Shown piece after piece: positions 38,337 through 49,104 of a DNA stretch of 64,000 nt (position 1 is its first letter; each line of letters opens with the position of its first letter). The translations under genes and the position numbers were made by a program. The notes beneath the pieces were generated by a model. The model was not told the DNA's origin, did no database searches, and saw nothing but the letters and a program-made list of their open reading frames with translations. Source of the stretch: Bacteroidales bacterium (GTDB lineage: Bacteria; Bacteroidota; Bacteroidia; Bacteroidales; VadinHA17); NCBI GenBank assembly GCA_035527935.1, contig DATKZO010000022.1:76666-140665 (forward strand), read 5' to 3'.

Positions 38337-39110
38337 ATGAACGCCGTAAAACCAAAGAAACACCTTGGTCAGCATTTCCTGACCGATAATAATATTGCAG
38401 CCAGAATTGTTGATTCCCTCACCTTCAGCGGTTACGATTCAGTGCTTGAGGTAGGACCGGGAACGGGGATTCTTACCAGGCTATTGATTCAGAAAAGCAT
38501 GATTGACTTCAGGGTTATAGAACTCGATCCTGAGTCGGTAGAGTATCTGAAGGAGAACTTTGACGGTCTTAATATTATAAGCGGTGATTTTTTAAAATAC
38601 AACCTGGAACATTTTAATGATACACCGGTAGCCGTTATTGGAAATTTTCCATATAATATTTCAAGCCAGATACTCTTTAAAGTGATGGAATTTAAAGATG
38701 ATGTAGTTGAGGTGGTTGGAATGTTCCAAAAGGAAGTGGCTGAAAGGATCAGCGCAGGGCCCGGTTCAAAAACATATGGGATACTTAGCGTGCTTCTCAG
38801 GATTTATTATAATATTGAATATTTATTCACCGTTCCTTCAACGGTTTTTAAACCTGTTCCAAAAGTGACATCAGCAGTGATCAGGTTAAGGAGAAATGAT
38901 ATTAAGGGGCCCGGATGCAATGAGCAAATGCTATTAAGGATAGTAAAGGCGACCTTTAACCAGAGGAGGAAGATGATCAGAAACTCATTAAGAGCGGCTT
39001 TCGACATTGGCAATCAACCGCATGATCTTCTGACTAAAAGACCAGAACAGTTAGGGGTGGAAGAATTTGTAAACCTGACAAACTGGGTAGAAAAGGTTAT
39101 AAATAATTAG
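38337..39110 (+). CDS. rsmA: 16S rRNA (adenine1518/1519-N6)-dimethyltransferase
   Basis: KKHLGQHFL...VLEVGPGTGILT...GNFPYNISS are KsgA motifs. Confidence 0.95.
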   Translation: MNAVKPKKHLGQHFLTDNNIAARIVDSLTFSGYDSVLEVGPGTGILTRLLIQKSMIDFRVIELDPESVEYLKENFDGLNIISGDFLKYNLEHFNDTPVAVIGNFPYNISSQILFKVMEFKDDVVEVVGMFQKEVAERISAGPGSKTYGILSVLLRIYYNIEYLFTVPSTVFKPVPKVTSAVIRLRRNDIKGPGCNEQMLLRIVKATFNQRRKMIRNSLRAAFDIGNQPHDLLTKRPEQLGVEEFVNLTNWVEKVINN

Positions 39111-39123
39111 AGACTGGTAGATT

Positions 39124-40494
39124 ATGGCAATAAATATCGGAATATCCAAGGAATTAATTGCCCGGATAAGGGAAGCAATCAATGAGAACAGGGAAGAGCA
39201 GGCACTCGATCTTATCAAGGAGTTGCACGCTGCTGATATTGCCGGGCTGTACGATGAGTTGAGTATCGAAGAGGCCAGATATCTTTTTTTACTCCTTGAT
39301 GGGGAATTGGCCTCAGATGTTATCGCTGAACTTGATGATGATGATCAGGAAAAATTCCTGAAAGTTATTCCAGGGGAGGTAATAGCCCAGAAGTTCATTG
39401 ATAATATGGACTCTGATGATGCGGCAGATATTCTGGGAGATCTGTCGGAAGAGAAGAAGCAGGAGGTATTGCTGCACATAGATGACGTTGAACAGGCAGG
39501 CGATATAGTTGACCTGCTGGCTTACGATGAAGACTCCGCAGGTGGCCTTATGGCGAAGGAGATGATAATCGTAAACGAAAACTGGACAATACTTACCTGC
39601 CTTAAGGAATTAGGGCGCCAGGCAGATGATGTTGACGAGGTATATTACATGTATGTTACAGATGATGAAAATATCCTGAAGGGTATTGTATCACTCAAAC
39701 AGATGCTCCTTTCGAATAATTCAACCATAGTAAAAACGGTACTGGACGATGACATAATCTCTGTTAAGACAGATACTCCATCTGAAGAGGTAGCACAGAT
39801 AATGGAGAAGTATGACCTGGTTGCAATCCCTGTTGTTGACTCAATAGGCAGATTAGTAGGCCGGATCACAATCGATGATATCGTTGATGTGATCATCGAG
39901 GAGGCTGAAAAGGATTACCAGATGGCATCCGGTATTACTGAAGATGTGGAATCAGGTGATAAGGTTCTGAGAATTACAAGGGCCCGGCTTCCCTGGCTGT
40001 TGATCGGTCTGACAGGTGGAATATTTGGTGCTCTTGTGCTTGGCAGGTTTGAATCGGATCTGAAGATTTATCCTGAAATGGCCTTCTTTATACCTCTTAT
40101 TGCAGCTATGGGTGGAAATGTCGGAATTCAATCCTCTGCAATAATTGTACAGGGACTGGCAAACAAAACCATCAGGAACGAAAGGACCTTCCATAAGTTA
40201 GGGAAAGAATTTCTGGTTGGCCTTCTGAATGGCGTCCTGCTGGCATCACTGATATTTGTATACAATTTCTTTGTGAGTGATTCTTTTGCACTGACAATCA
40301 CTGTCAGCACTGCCCTTGTAACGGTGATAGTGTTTGCGGCGCTATTTGGCACCCTGATTCCTCTGGTGCTCAACAGGTTCAAAATCGACCCTGCTCTTGC
40401 TACGGGTCCGTTTATAACCACCTTGAACGATATTATAGGATTGTTCCTCTATATGATTATAGGAAGAGCATTATACACACTGTTTGCAGTATGA
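39124..40494 (+). CDS. mgtE: magnesium transporter MgtE
   Basis: N-domain, tandem CBS domains and a C-terminal TM domain with GNVGIQSS. Confidence 0.95.
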   Translation: MAINIGISKELIARIREAINENREEQALDLIKELHAADIAGLYDELSIEEARYLFLLLDGELASDVIAELDDDDQEKFLKVIPGEVIAQKFIDNMDSDDAADILGDLSEEKKQEVLLHIDDVEQAGDIVDLLAYDEDSAGGLMAKEMIIVNENWTILTCLKELGRQADDVDEVYYMYVTDDENILKGIVSLKQMLLSNNSTIVKTVLDDDIISVKTDTPSEEVAQIMEKYDLVAIPVVDSIGRLVGRITIDDIVDVIIEEAEKDYQMASGITEDVESGDKVLRITRARLPWLLIGLTGGIFGALVLGRFESDLKIYPEMAFFIPLIAAMGGNVGIQSSAIIVQGLANKTIRNERTFHKLGKEFLVGLLNGVLLASLIFVYNFFVSDSFALTITVSTALVTVIVFAALFGTLIPLVLNRFKIDPALATGPFITTLNDIIGLFLYMIIGRALYTLFAV

Positions 40495-40497
40495 TTT

Positions 40498-41748
40498 TCA
40501 GAAGCTGAAGCCTATAGCATCAACGGGATTCATTTTAGCTGCAGAGTAGGCGGGAGCATATCCTGCAATAACACCAATAAAACCTGAGATAACAAGACCA
40601 AGGACTATATTACCGGCTGTAAGGTTCATATTTAGTTCCCACAGATAATTAGCAACCTGTGTACCTATAAATACAATTATCAGTCCGAATATTCCTCCCA
40701 GGATTGATAGAATTACTGATTCATAGAGGAACTGCCAGAGAATAAAAGCCTTTTTGGCACCCAGCGCTTTTTGTATGCCAATAATACTTGTCCTCTCCTT
40801 AACTGATACAAACATTATATTGGCAATGCCAAAGCCTCCTACCAGGATCGAGAAACCACCGATGATCCATCCTCCCACATTTATACCGGCAAAAACTGCT
40901 TCGAATCCCTGTGTAAGCAGACTGGCCCTGTTTACGGAGAAATTCTGAGTCTGATCCGGTTTAAGTCTTCTGGCAGACCTCAAGATCATTATAGCCTCAT
41001 CGGTAAGATTTTCAACTGATATACCCTCTTTTGCCTTCAGCATAATATTTGAATCAACAAACCTGTTACGAAGGTTTATGAAATTTTTTGCAAACCCAAC
41101 AGGGATCAATGTCATTTCATCCATCCCAGAATCTCCAATTCCACCCTGACCTTCCCTTTTAAATACTCCTATGACAGCAGCCTTATGGCCTGAAATTGAA
41201 ACTTCCTTCCCAATCGGATTTGCATTTTTAAAGACACGCTCGGCTATTTCGGCACCGATTATGACAACCGGTTTTCCTGATGAGCTCTCATAGGGAGAGA
41301 AATATCTTCCCTCCTCAATCTCAAAAGACCTCACAAGTTCAAATTCGTGTGTTGTAGCCCACAGGTAGGCCTCATTTATTAAAGCATCCTTGTATTTGAG
41401 GGAACGGGTAAAGATCACTGAGTAGGCAGCTGCCATGGTGCGGGTTGATTTTCGTCGGATGGCTTCATAATCATCAAGGGTCGGGGCAGGCCAGCTTAAT
41501 AAATCCCACCAGGCCAAATTCGGGTCAAATGACCATGGCATTTTCTGGATGTAGATAACATCATCTCCAAGTGTAGCTATTGAATCCTTTATCGATTTTT
41601 CCATCCAGCTAAGGACGGTAAAAACTGATATTATGGCTAAAATACCAATTGTAATCCCGAAGAGGGAAAGAAATGTCCTGAGCTTGTTTACAATTATCGA
41701 ATTCAAAGCAAACATGAATCCTTCCCTAATCAATCTGAAAAATATCAT
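40498..41748 (-). CDS. ABC transporter permease, MacB/FtsX-like
   Basis: N-terminal TM, large periplasmic domain, C-terminal FtsX 3-TM module (GIQKALGA...). Confidence 0.85.
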   Translation of the reverse strand: MIFFRLIREGFMFALNSIIVNKLRTFLSLFGITIGILAIISVFTVLSWMEKSIKDSIATLGDDVIYIQKMPWSFDPNLAWWDLLSWPAPTLDDYEAIRRKSTRTMAAAYSVIFTRSLKYKDALINEAYLWATTHEFELVRSFEIEEGRYFSPYESSSGKPVVIIGAEIAERVFKNANPIGKEVSISGHKAAVIGVFKREGQGGIGDSGMDEMTLIPVGFAKNFINLRNRFVDSNIMLKAKEGISVENLTDEAIMILRSARRLKPDQTQNFSVNRASLLTQGFEAVFAGINVGGWIIGGFSILVGGFGIANIMFVSVKERTSIIGIQKALGAKKAFILWQFLYESVILSILGGIFGLIIVFIGTQVANYLWELNMNLTAGNIVLGLVISGFIGVIAGYAPAYSAAKMNPVDAIGFSF

Positions 41749-41917
41749 TGCCTGATAATTAGTTCTAAATGGTTACTTTCCAAAGATAATAATTCTATCT
41801 GATGATTATTGCCCATAACCACTTGAAAAATACAGATTAGATTGTTATACAATAAAAAAATATCTATTTTTATTTGCTCTTAAACGAGGGTATATATTTT
41901 ATCATAAGTTTCTGGTA

Positions 41918-43441
41918 ATGAGAGAAAAAAAAATCCATAATGCTCTGATTTCTGTTTATTACAAAGATGGTCTTGACAGAATAATCAGAAAACTTGTTGA
42001 ATTGGGCGTAAAAATAATTTCCACGGGAGGAACTCATAAGTTCATAAGTGAACTTGGTGTGGAGGTCGAAGCAGTTGAAGAGCTGACCTCGTACCCTTCT
42101 ATTCTTGGCGGAAGAGTAAAGACCCTGCATCCGAAGATATTTGGAGGTATTCTTGCCAGAAGGGACCTGAAGGCTGACATTGAGCAACTAAAGCAATATG
42201 ATATACCTGAGATTGATCTTGTTGTTGTGGACCTATACCCGTTTGAAGAGACAGCAGCTTCTGGAGCAGGTGAGCAGGAGATAATTGAGAAGATAGATAT
42301 CGGGGGGATTTCACTAATCAGGGCTGCAGCCAAGAATTATGCTGATACCCTCATAATTTCGGGCAGGGATCAATATGATAGCTTGTATGATCTGCTGGAG
42401 AAGAGAGAGGGTATCACCACATCTGAAGAAAGAAGGAATTTTGCCGCACATGCCTTCAAGGTCTCATCGCACTATGACACTGCCATCTTTAATTATTTTA
42501 ACATAAGGGAAGGATTACAGGTGTTTAAGGCAAGTCAGAATTGTGGCGGAAAATTGCGTTATGGGGAAAATCCTCATCAGGCGGGTACATTCTACGGAAA
42601 TTTTGAAGAAATCCTTGAGCAGCTGCATGGGAAAGAGATTTCCTATAATAATTTGCTCGATATCGATTCCGCCATTAATCTGATAAGAGAGTTTGATGAT
42701 ACTACTTTTGCCATATTAAAACACAACAATGCATGCGGACTGGCTTCCAGAAAGATTTTATCGGAAGCCTGGAAAGATGCTCTCGCCGGAGATCCGGTAT
42801 CTGCATTTGGCGGTGTCTTGATCACCAATGTTAAGGTTGACCGGGAGACTGCTGTTGAGATCAACAAACTCTTTTTTGAAGTAATTATAGCTCCGTCGTA
42901 CAATAAAGAAGCTCTGGACATACTGAAAAGCAAGAAAAACAGGATTATACTGGTTCTGAAAAACCAGCCATCAGGTACCGGTAGTTTCAGAACGGCTCTC
43001 AATGGTGTGTTGTGGCAGGAAAAGGATCTCAGGACGGAGAGAAAGTCTGACATGAAAACAGTTACTGCCAGGGGTCCATCCCCCAGGGAGCTTGAAGACC
43101 TCGAATTTGCAAATAAAATCGTTAAACATAGCAAATCGAATTGCATTGTTCTTGCAGGAAACAGACAACTTTTTGGTAGTGGAGTAGGGATGACCTCCAG
43201 AGTGGATGCTCTCAAGCATGCAGTTGGAAAGGCCAAAAACTTTGGTTTCGATCTTTCAAAGGCAGTAATGGCTTCAGATGCATTCTTCCCATTTGCTGAT
43301 AGTGTTGAGATTGCCGGTAAGGAAGGGATCACTTCAGTAATCCAACCTGGAGGATCAGTAAGGGATAATGAATCGATTGAGTTTTGTAACAAAAAGGGAA
43401 TGTCTATGGTATTTACCGGAACAAGACATTTCAGACACTGA
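41918..43441 (+). CDS. purH: bifunctional AICAR formyltransferase / IMP cyclohydrolase
   Basis: ALISVYYKDGL...GGRVKTLHPKIFGGILARR...KHNNACG...QPGGSVRD. Confidence 0.97.
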   Translation: MREKKIHNALISVYYKDGLDRIIRKLVELGVKIISTGGTHKFISELGVEVEAVEELTSYPSILGGRVKTLHPKIFGGILARRDLKADIEQLKQYDIPEIDLVVVDLYPFEETAASGAGEQEIIEKIDIGGISLIRAAAKNYADTLIISGRDQYDSLYDLLEKREGITTSEERRNFAAHAFKVSSHYDTAIFNYFNIREGLQVFKASQNCGGKLRYGENPHQAGTFYGNFEEILEQLHGKEISYNNLLDIDSAINLIREFDDTTFAILKHNNACGLASRKILSEAWKDALAGDPVSAFGGVLITNVKVDRETAVEINKLFFEVIIAPSYNKEALDILKSKKNRIILVLKNQPSGTGSFRTALNGVLWQEKDLRTERKSDMKTVTARGPSPRELEDLEFANKIVKHSKSNCIVLAGNRQLFGSGVGMTSRVDALKHAVGKAKNFGFDLSKAVMASDAFFPFADSVEIAGKEGITSVIQPGGSVRDNESIEFCNKKGMSMVFTGTRHFRH

Positions 43442-43469
43442 TGTAGAACAATTTAATAACGACTCTTTA

Positions 43470-44492
43470 ATGGGTATATTTTCATTTTTGACACAGGAGA
43501 TTGCAATTGATCTTGGAACAGCCAACACCACAATCATCCATAACGACAAGATCGTCGTTGATGAACCATCAATTGTTGCGATTGACAAAAACACAGGCAA
43601 GTTGATTGCAATTGGGGAAAGGGCAAGGCAAATGCATGGGAAGACACACGAGAATATCCGTACAATAAGACCTTTGCGTGATGGTGTAATTGCTGACTTC
43701 AATGCAGCTGAGATGATGCTCAGGGGTATGATCAAGATGGTTAATAAGGGCACAAGCCTCTTCAGTCCTTCACTTAAGATGGTGGTCTGTATCCCTTCAG
43801 GAAGCACAGAGGTCGAGATCAGGGCAGTGAGGGACTCATCGGAACATGCCGGAGGCCGCGATGTATATCTGATCTATGAGCCTATGGCTGCTGCCATTGG
43901 TATGGGCCTTGATGTAGAAGCTCCCGAAGGATGTATGGTTGTGGATATCGGTGGCGGTACCACTGAGATTGCAGTAATCGCACTTGGGGGGATTGTATGC
44001 AACAAATCAATCCGGACTGCCGGTGATGTATTTACTGCCGACATTCAGGCATACATGCGGCATCAACATAATATTAAAGTTGGCGAGAGAACAGCTGAAG
44101 ATATCAAGATCAATGTTGGTGCAGCACTGCCTTCCATTGAAGACCCACCTGCTGACTATAATGTAAGGGGACCAAACCTCATGACTGCAATGCCCAGTGA
44201 GATACCCGTTTCCTACCAGGAGATCGCACACTGCCTCGACAAATCAATTTCAAAGATTGAAACTGCCATACTTGGTGTCCTTGAACAAACACCCCCTGAA
44301 TTGTATGCAGATATTGTAGCAAAGGGAATCTTTCTGGCTGGTGGCAGTGGCCTGCTCAGAGGCCTGTCAAAGAGGTTCAGTGATAAAATATGCATTCCTT
44401 TCCATCTTGCAGAGGATCCCCTGCATGCAGTGGCCAGAGGTACCGGAGTGGCTCTGAAAAATGCTGATAGATTTACATTCCTGATGAGATAA
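43470..44492 (+). CDS. mreB: rod shape-determining protein MreB
   Basis: Start at the internal ATG: MGIFSFLTQEIAIDLGTANT. Actin-like ATPase motifs DIGGGTTE. Confidence 0.96.
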   Translation: MGIFSFLTQEIAIDLGTANTTIIHNDKIVVDEPSIVAIDKNTGKLIAIGERARQMHGKTHENIRTIRPLRDGVIADFNAAEMMLRGMIKMVNKGTSLFSPSLKMVVCIPSGSTEVEIRAVRDSSEHAGGRDVYLIYEPMAAAIGMGLDVEAPEGCMVVDIGGGTTEIAVIALGGIVCNKSIRTAGDVFTADIQAYMRHQHNIKVGERTAEDIKINVGAALPSIEDPPADYNVRGPNLMTAMPSEIPVSYQEIAHCLDKSISKIETAILGVLEQTPPELYADIVAKGIFLAGGSGLLRGLSKRFSDKICIPFHLAEDPLHAVARGTGVALKNADRFTFLMR

Positions 44493-44506
44493 TATGGGAG
44501 GATTAA

Positions 44507-45334
44507 ATGAGAAGTCTGCTAAACTTCTTACTTAAATACAACAATATTCTTATATTCCTGCTTCTTGAAGTATTGGCCTTGTGTCTGCTTGCCTCAGGAG
44601 CCAGTTATCATAACATCAAATTATCAAATGTCGTTAAATCGGCAGAGGGAAATTTGCAGGAGAGATTGTATAATGCATCCAGATATTTATCCCTTAAAGA
44701 GGTGAATAATGCACTAATGAGAGAAAACCTTGAGCTACGGAACAGGCTGGAAAGGACTTATAGTGATGTTGATATCTACTTCTTTCCTGTTAATGACTCC
44801 ATTCATAGACAACAATATATTATCAGCAATGCAAGCATTGTTAACAACTCCTTTAACAAGCAAAAGAATTTTATTACATTAAATAAGGGAACTATCCACG
44901 GTATTAAAGAGGGGATGGCAGTTGTAAGCCCCGATGGTATTGCCGGAGTCATTGTTGGAGTAAGCAGGAATTTCTCGGTTGCAATGTCAGTTCTAAACCT
45001 TGACTTCAGATTGAGTGCCCGCTTCCGAAGAAATGGATATTTCGGATCACTCACCTGGGATGGCAGGGATGAATCATTCGCTTCGCTGAATGAAATACCT
45101 ACTCACCTTGAGATAAATGTTGGTGATACAATAGAGACCAGTGGCTATTCCGCTGTTTTTCCTGCCGGACTGCAAATTGGTACTGTATCATCATTCGACA
45201 GGAAGGAAGGTGATTTTTATAATATCATTGTGAAACTATCAACAGATTTTCATAATATGGATTGGGTCTATATAATTGGGAACCTGATGAAAGAAGAGCA
45301 GAATGATCTGGAAGACTCAATTGAGTCAAATTGA
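44507..45334 (+). CDS. mreC: rod shape-determining protein MreC
   Basis: N-terminal TM, coiled coil (ENLELRNRL) and a beta-rich C-domain. Lies between mreB and mreD. Confidence 0.9.
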   Translation: MRSLLNFLLKYNNILIFLLLEVLALCLLASGASYHNIKLSNVVKSAEGNLQERLYNASRYLSLKEVNNALMRENLELRNRLERTYSDVDIYFFPVNDSIHRQQYIISNASIVNNSFNKQKNFITLNKGTIHGIKEGMAVVSPDGIAGVIVGVSRNFSVAMSVLNLDFRLSARFRRNGYFGSLTWDGRDESFASLNEIPTHLEINVGDTIETSGYSAVFPAGLQIGTVSSFDRKEGDFYNIIVKLSTDFHNMDWVYIIGNLMKEEQNDLEDSIESN

Positions 45335-45341
45335 TTAAGAG

Positions 45342-45848
45342 ATGTTAAATAGTATAATCAGAAATACAGGTTTATTTATTCTTCTGCTAGTAATTCAGGT
45401 GCTATTGATGGATAATATTCAATTCAGCGGATATGTGAACCCTTATATATACATACTTTTTATCATTTTGCTACCGTTTGAGATTCCTGCATGGTTGCTT
45501 TTAATATTATCCTTCCTCTCCGGACTGATTGTTGACCTTTTTACAGGTATTCCGGGGTTGCATGCATCAGCAACACTTTTTGCGGGTTTTGTCAGGCCCT
45601 ATATCCTGGCAGTAATAGCTCCCAGGGAGGGATACGAGCAGGGTGAATCGCCAGGGTTAAAGCGTTATGGTTTTCGTTGGTTCCTTCTATATATTGCGGT
45701 AATAATCCTTGTGCATCACATTGCCCTATTTTATCTTGAAGTATTCAGCATTACATATTTCTTCAGAACTTTAGCTAGAGTTCTGCTGAGCTCAATATTC
45801 AGTATAACTTTCATATTATTGATACAAACTCTGATAATAAGGAGATAG
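45342..45848 (+). CDS. mreD: rod shape-determining protein MreD
   Basis: 168-aa polytopic membrane protein in the conserved position after mreC. Confidence 0.8.
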   Translation: MLNSIIRNTGLFILLLVIQVLLMDNIQFSGYVNPYIYILFIILLPFEIPAWLLLILSFLSGLIVDLFTGIPGLHASATLFAGFVRPYILAVIAPREGYEQGESPGLKRYGFRWFLLYIAVIILVHHIALFYLEVFSITYFFRTLARVLLSSIFSITFILLIQTLIIRR

Positions 45849-45851
45849 AAA

Positions 45852-47696
45852 GTGGCTATTTTAGGAGACCTACATACCAACCGGAGATTATTTTTCTATG
45901 CAGTGATATTAATAATTTGCATAGTTTTACTGATAAGGTTGTTCTCCCTTCAGGTTGTTGATACTTCCTACAGGGTTTCTGCCGATAATAATGTACTCCG
46001 CTATGTAACCCAGTATCCTGCAAGAGGGCTCATTTTTGACCGTAACGGTAAACTCCTGGTATATAACCAGGCTGCTTATGACCTGATGGTTATTCCTGGC
46101 CAGACATCATCTGTTGATACAACGGAACTATGTAATATTCTTGAAATTACTAAAGAATCATTCAACGCCAGGATGGAAGAGGCCAGGGCGTACTCGCGGT
46201 ATGCCCCATCAGTATTTCTCAAGATGGTTTCTTCTGAATCCTATGGAAGACTGCAGGAGGTACTTTATAAATATCCGGGATTTTACGTTCAGACCCGGAC
46301 CCTCAGGAATTATAGTTATCCGGTTGCCGCTCATGTTCTGGGATATGTTGGAGAGGTGAATGAGAAGGACATTGGGTCAGATCCTTACTATAAAATGGGA
46401 GACTATATTGGAGTGAGTGGAATTGAAGCTTCCTATGAAAAGGAATTAAGGGGAAGAAAAGGATTGAAAATATTTCTTGTTGATGTTCATAACAGGATAA
46501 AAGGAACGTACCAGGCTGGCAGGCACGACTCGATCCCGGTGCCCGGAGAAGACCTGATTTCGACTCTTGATATCGACCTGCAACTATATGGTGAAAAACT
46601 TATGGAGAATAAGAATGGCAGTATTGTTGCTCTCGAACCCTCTACAGGCGAAGTTCTTGCCCTTATAACCGCACCAAACTATGATCCTTCTCTCCTGATT
46701 GGCCGAATAAGATCCGAAAATTTCCGAAGTTTGCAGGGTGATACTCTTGAACCCTTGTTTAACAGGGCTCTTATGGCTTCTTATCCCCCTGGGTCAACTT
46801 TTAAAACCATAAATGGTCTGATAGGGTTGCAGGAAGGTGTTATTAGCAGGAACTACGAGTACTTCTGCGATTACGGATACTATGCCCAAAATACTTATGT
46901 TAAATGTCATCATTATGCATCCTTTAATTTACCGGAGGCCATTATGACCTCCTGTAACAGCTATTTCTGCAATGCATTCAGACAGATTCTTGAAAATCAG
47001 CAATACGAGTCTATTGCTGAAGCATATAATGGTTGGAGATCATACCTGACTGAGTTTGGATTTGGATCTGTCCTTGGAACCGATCTTAAGAATGAACTTC
47101 CTGGCTTCGTACCGGAAACATCTTATTACAACAGGTACTACGGAGAGGGTGGATGGAAAGCACTCACTGTTTTATCACTTGCAATTGGCCAGGGTGAGTT
47201 GGGAGCCACACCTCTTCAGATGGCCAACATGACAGCATCTATTGCTAACAGGGGATATTATTATACCCCCCATATAATTAAGGGAATAGCTAACAGGGGT
47301 GAGGCAGTTAATCCTTTTTTCAGGAATAAGCATGTCATCAGTATTGACTCGGCAAACTTTGAGATCATTGTAGAGGGAATGAGGGATGTTGTCAATGGAG
47401 GAGCAGGGGCAACTGCAAGGTATATTGCGTTAAGGGACATCGAGATCTGTGGAAAAACAGGTACAGCCGAGAATCCACATGGACCTGATCATTCCATTTT
47501 TATTGCATTTGCACCGGCAAAGGATCCAAAGATCGCCCTGGCAGTATATGTCGAAAATATTGGATTCGGTGCAACTTTTGCCGCACCTATAGCCAGCCTG
47601 ATGATCGAAAAATATTTGAAGGGAGAAATAACTAACAGGTGGCTCGAAGAAAGAATACTGAATCCCGTAATAATTGAGGATGCCGAGGAAAATTAA
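45852..47696 (+). CDS. mrdA: penicillin-binding protein 2 (elongasome transpeptidase)
   Basis: PBP dimerisation domain plus transpeptidase motifs STFK (PPGSTFKT), SCN (TSCNSY) and KTGT (GKTGTA). Confidence 0.93.
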   Translation: MAILGDLHTNRRLFFYAVILIICIVLLIRLFSLQVVDTSYRVSADNNVLRYVTQYPARGLIFDRNGKLLVYNQAAYDLMVIPGQTSSVDTTELCNILEITKESFNARMEEARAYSRYAPSVFLKMVSSESYGRLQEVLYKYPGFYVQTRTLRNYSYPVAAHVLGYVGEVNEKDIGSDPYYKMGDYIGVSGIEASYEKELRGRKGLKIFLVDVHNRIKGTYQAGRHDSIPVPGEDLISTLDIDLQLYGEKLMENKNGSIVALEPSTGEVLALITAPNYDPSLLIGRIRSENFRSLQGDTLEPLFNRALMASYPPGSTFKTINGLIGLQEGVISRNYEYFCDYGYYAQNTYVKCHHYASFNLPEAIMTSCNSYFCNAFRQILENQQYESIAEAYNGWRSYLTEFGFGSVLGTDLKNELPGFVPETSYYNRYYGEGGWKALTVLSLAIGQGELGATPLQMANMTASIANRGYYYTPHIIKGIANRGEAVNPFFRNKHVISIDSANFEIIVEGMRDVVNGGAGATARYIALRDIEICGKTGTAENPHGPDHSIFIAFAPAKDPKIALAVYVENIGFGATFAAPIASLMIEKYLKGEITNRWLEERILNPVIIEDAEEN

Positions 47697-49104
47697 TATA
47701 TGGACCAACCTCGACTGGATAACAATAACCATATATCTGGTTATGATCTTTTACGGCTGGATCAATATATATGCAGCTGTTTATAATGAGGAACATACCA
47801 GTATTCTGGATATGTCACAACGATATGGCAAACAATTGATCTGGATTTCAGCTGCTGCCGTAATTGTTCTTATTGTATTGTTTACTGATAGCAGGTTCTA
47901 CCTCTTCTTCTCCTACCTGTTCTATATTTTCGCTATTATCACTTTATTGCTAGTGCTTGTTTTCGGGAAAGAGGTAAACGGAGCTAAATCGTGGTTCGAG
48001 ATAGGAGATTTTAGCCTGCAACCGGCTGAATTTGCCAAGTTTGCAACTGTCCTGGCTCTTGCCAGATACCTTAGCGGGAAAAACAGGGAGCTTTCACAAC
48101 CCACTACTCTTTTTGTTTCAGTGGCATTGATATTTTTGCCTGCATTCCTGATCTTTCTTCAACCAGATATGGGCTCTGTCCTTGTATTTTTTGCACTTGT
48201 ACTTGTACTATACAGGCAGGGATTATCGACCTATTTTTTTATTACCGGGATCCTTGCTGCAGCACTTTTTATTATTACGCTGGTGGCAGATAGCATATAT
48301 ATTTATGTATCCCTTATAATTATTGCAGTAGTTATTCACCTGGTCACTGACAGGAATCCTCTATTAACCATAAAGTGGATCATAATAATGATTATATCAG
48401 GGGGTGTTGTTTACTCCCTTTATCGCTGGATTTTAGACAGGATTAATATTGATCAGATCTTTATCCTTGCTGTCGTTATTTCAGGATTATCCATGATATA
48501 CTATATCTACAGATTTAAAGCCAGATCATTACTAATCCTTTATTCATTTATTATTGGAAGTATGATAATTGTATTCTCTGTTGATTACACATTCAATAAT
48601 ATACTGGAACAACACCAGCGAACAAGAATAAACGCAGTCCTTGGAATAGAATCTGATCCATATGGCGAAGGTTATAACCTTAATCAATCAAAAATATCTA
48701 TTGGCTCCGGTGGGTTCTCCGGGAAGGGATTTCTGAAAGGCACCCAAACAAAATTCAAATTTGTGCCGGAGCAGAGTACTGATTTCATCTTCTGTACCGT
48801 AGGAGAGGAGTGGGGATTTATTGGGACATCATTTGTTGTGATACTATTCGGACTGCTGATGGTGAGGATCATTATACTTGCTGAACGGCAGCGATCAACA
48901 TTTTCCAGAATATATGGTTATGGGGTCCTGTCAATTATCCTCTTCCATTTTGTGGTCAATATAGGAATGACCATTGGTCTTATCCCCGTGATAGGAATAC
49001 CATTACCATTCTTCAGCTATGGGGGTTCTTCTCTATGGGGATTTACTATTCTCCTTTTTATATTCCTGCGCTTTGATGCCAGCAGGAGCGAATACCTCGT
49101 TTAG
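47674..49104 (+). CDS. rodA: rod shape-determining protein RodA (SEDS family)
   Basis: FtsW/RodA/SpoVE motifs: PAEFAKF, QPDMGS, FVPEQSTDFIF, PLPFFSYGGSS. Confidence 0.92.
   Translation: MRMPRKINIWTNLDWITITIYLVMIFYGWINIYAAVYNEEHTSILDMSQRYGKQLIWISAAAVIVLIVLFTDSRFYLFFSYLFYIFAIITLLLVLVFGKEVNGAKSWFEIGDFSLQPAEFAKFATVLALARYLSGKNRELSQPTTLFVSVALIFLPAFLIFLQPDMGSVLVFFALVLVLYRQGLSTYFFITGILAAALFIITLVADSIYIYVSLIIIAVVIHLVTDRNPLLTIKWIIIMIISGGVVYSLYRWILDRINIDQIFILAVVISGLSMIYYIYRFKARSLLILYSFIIGSMIIVFSVDYTFNNILEQHQRTRINAVLGIESDPYGEGYNLNQSKISIGSGGFSGKGFLKGTQTKFKFVPEQSTDFIFCTVGEEWGFIGTSFVVILFGLLMVRIIILAERQRSTFSRIYGYGVLSIILFHFVVNIGMTIGLIPVIGIPLPFFSYGGSSLWGFTILLFIFLRFDASRSEYLV

Noticed and set aside
41749-41917. 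Possible ZTP (pfl) riboswitch upstream of purH
   Set aside because: I looked for the conserved GGGTCGTGAC...CCGCCTGGGCA-type elements. The spacer is AT-rich with nothing similar.
42643-43392. 249-aa ORF antisense to purH
   Set aside because: It lies entirely within purH on the opposite strand. It has no recognisable motifs and an S/L-rich composition typical of antisense frames.
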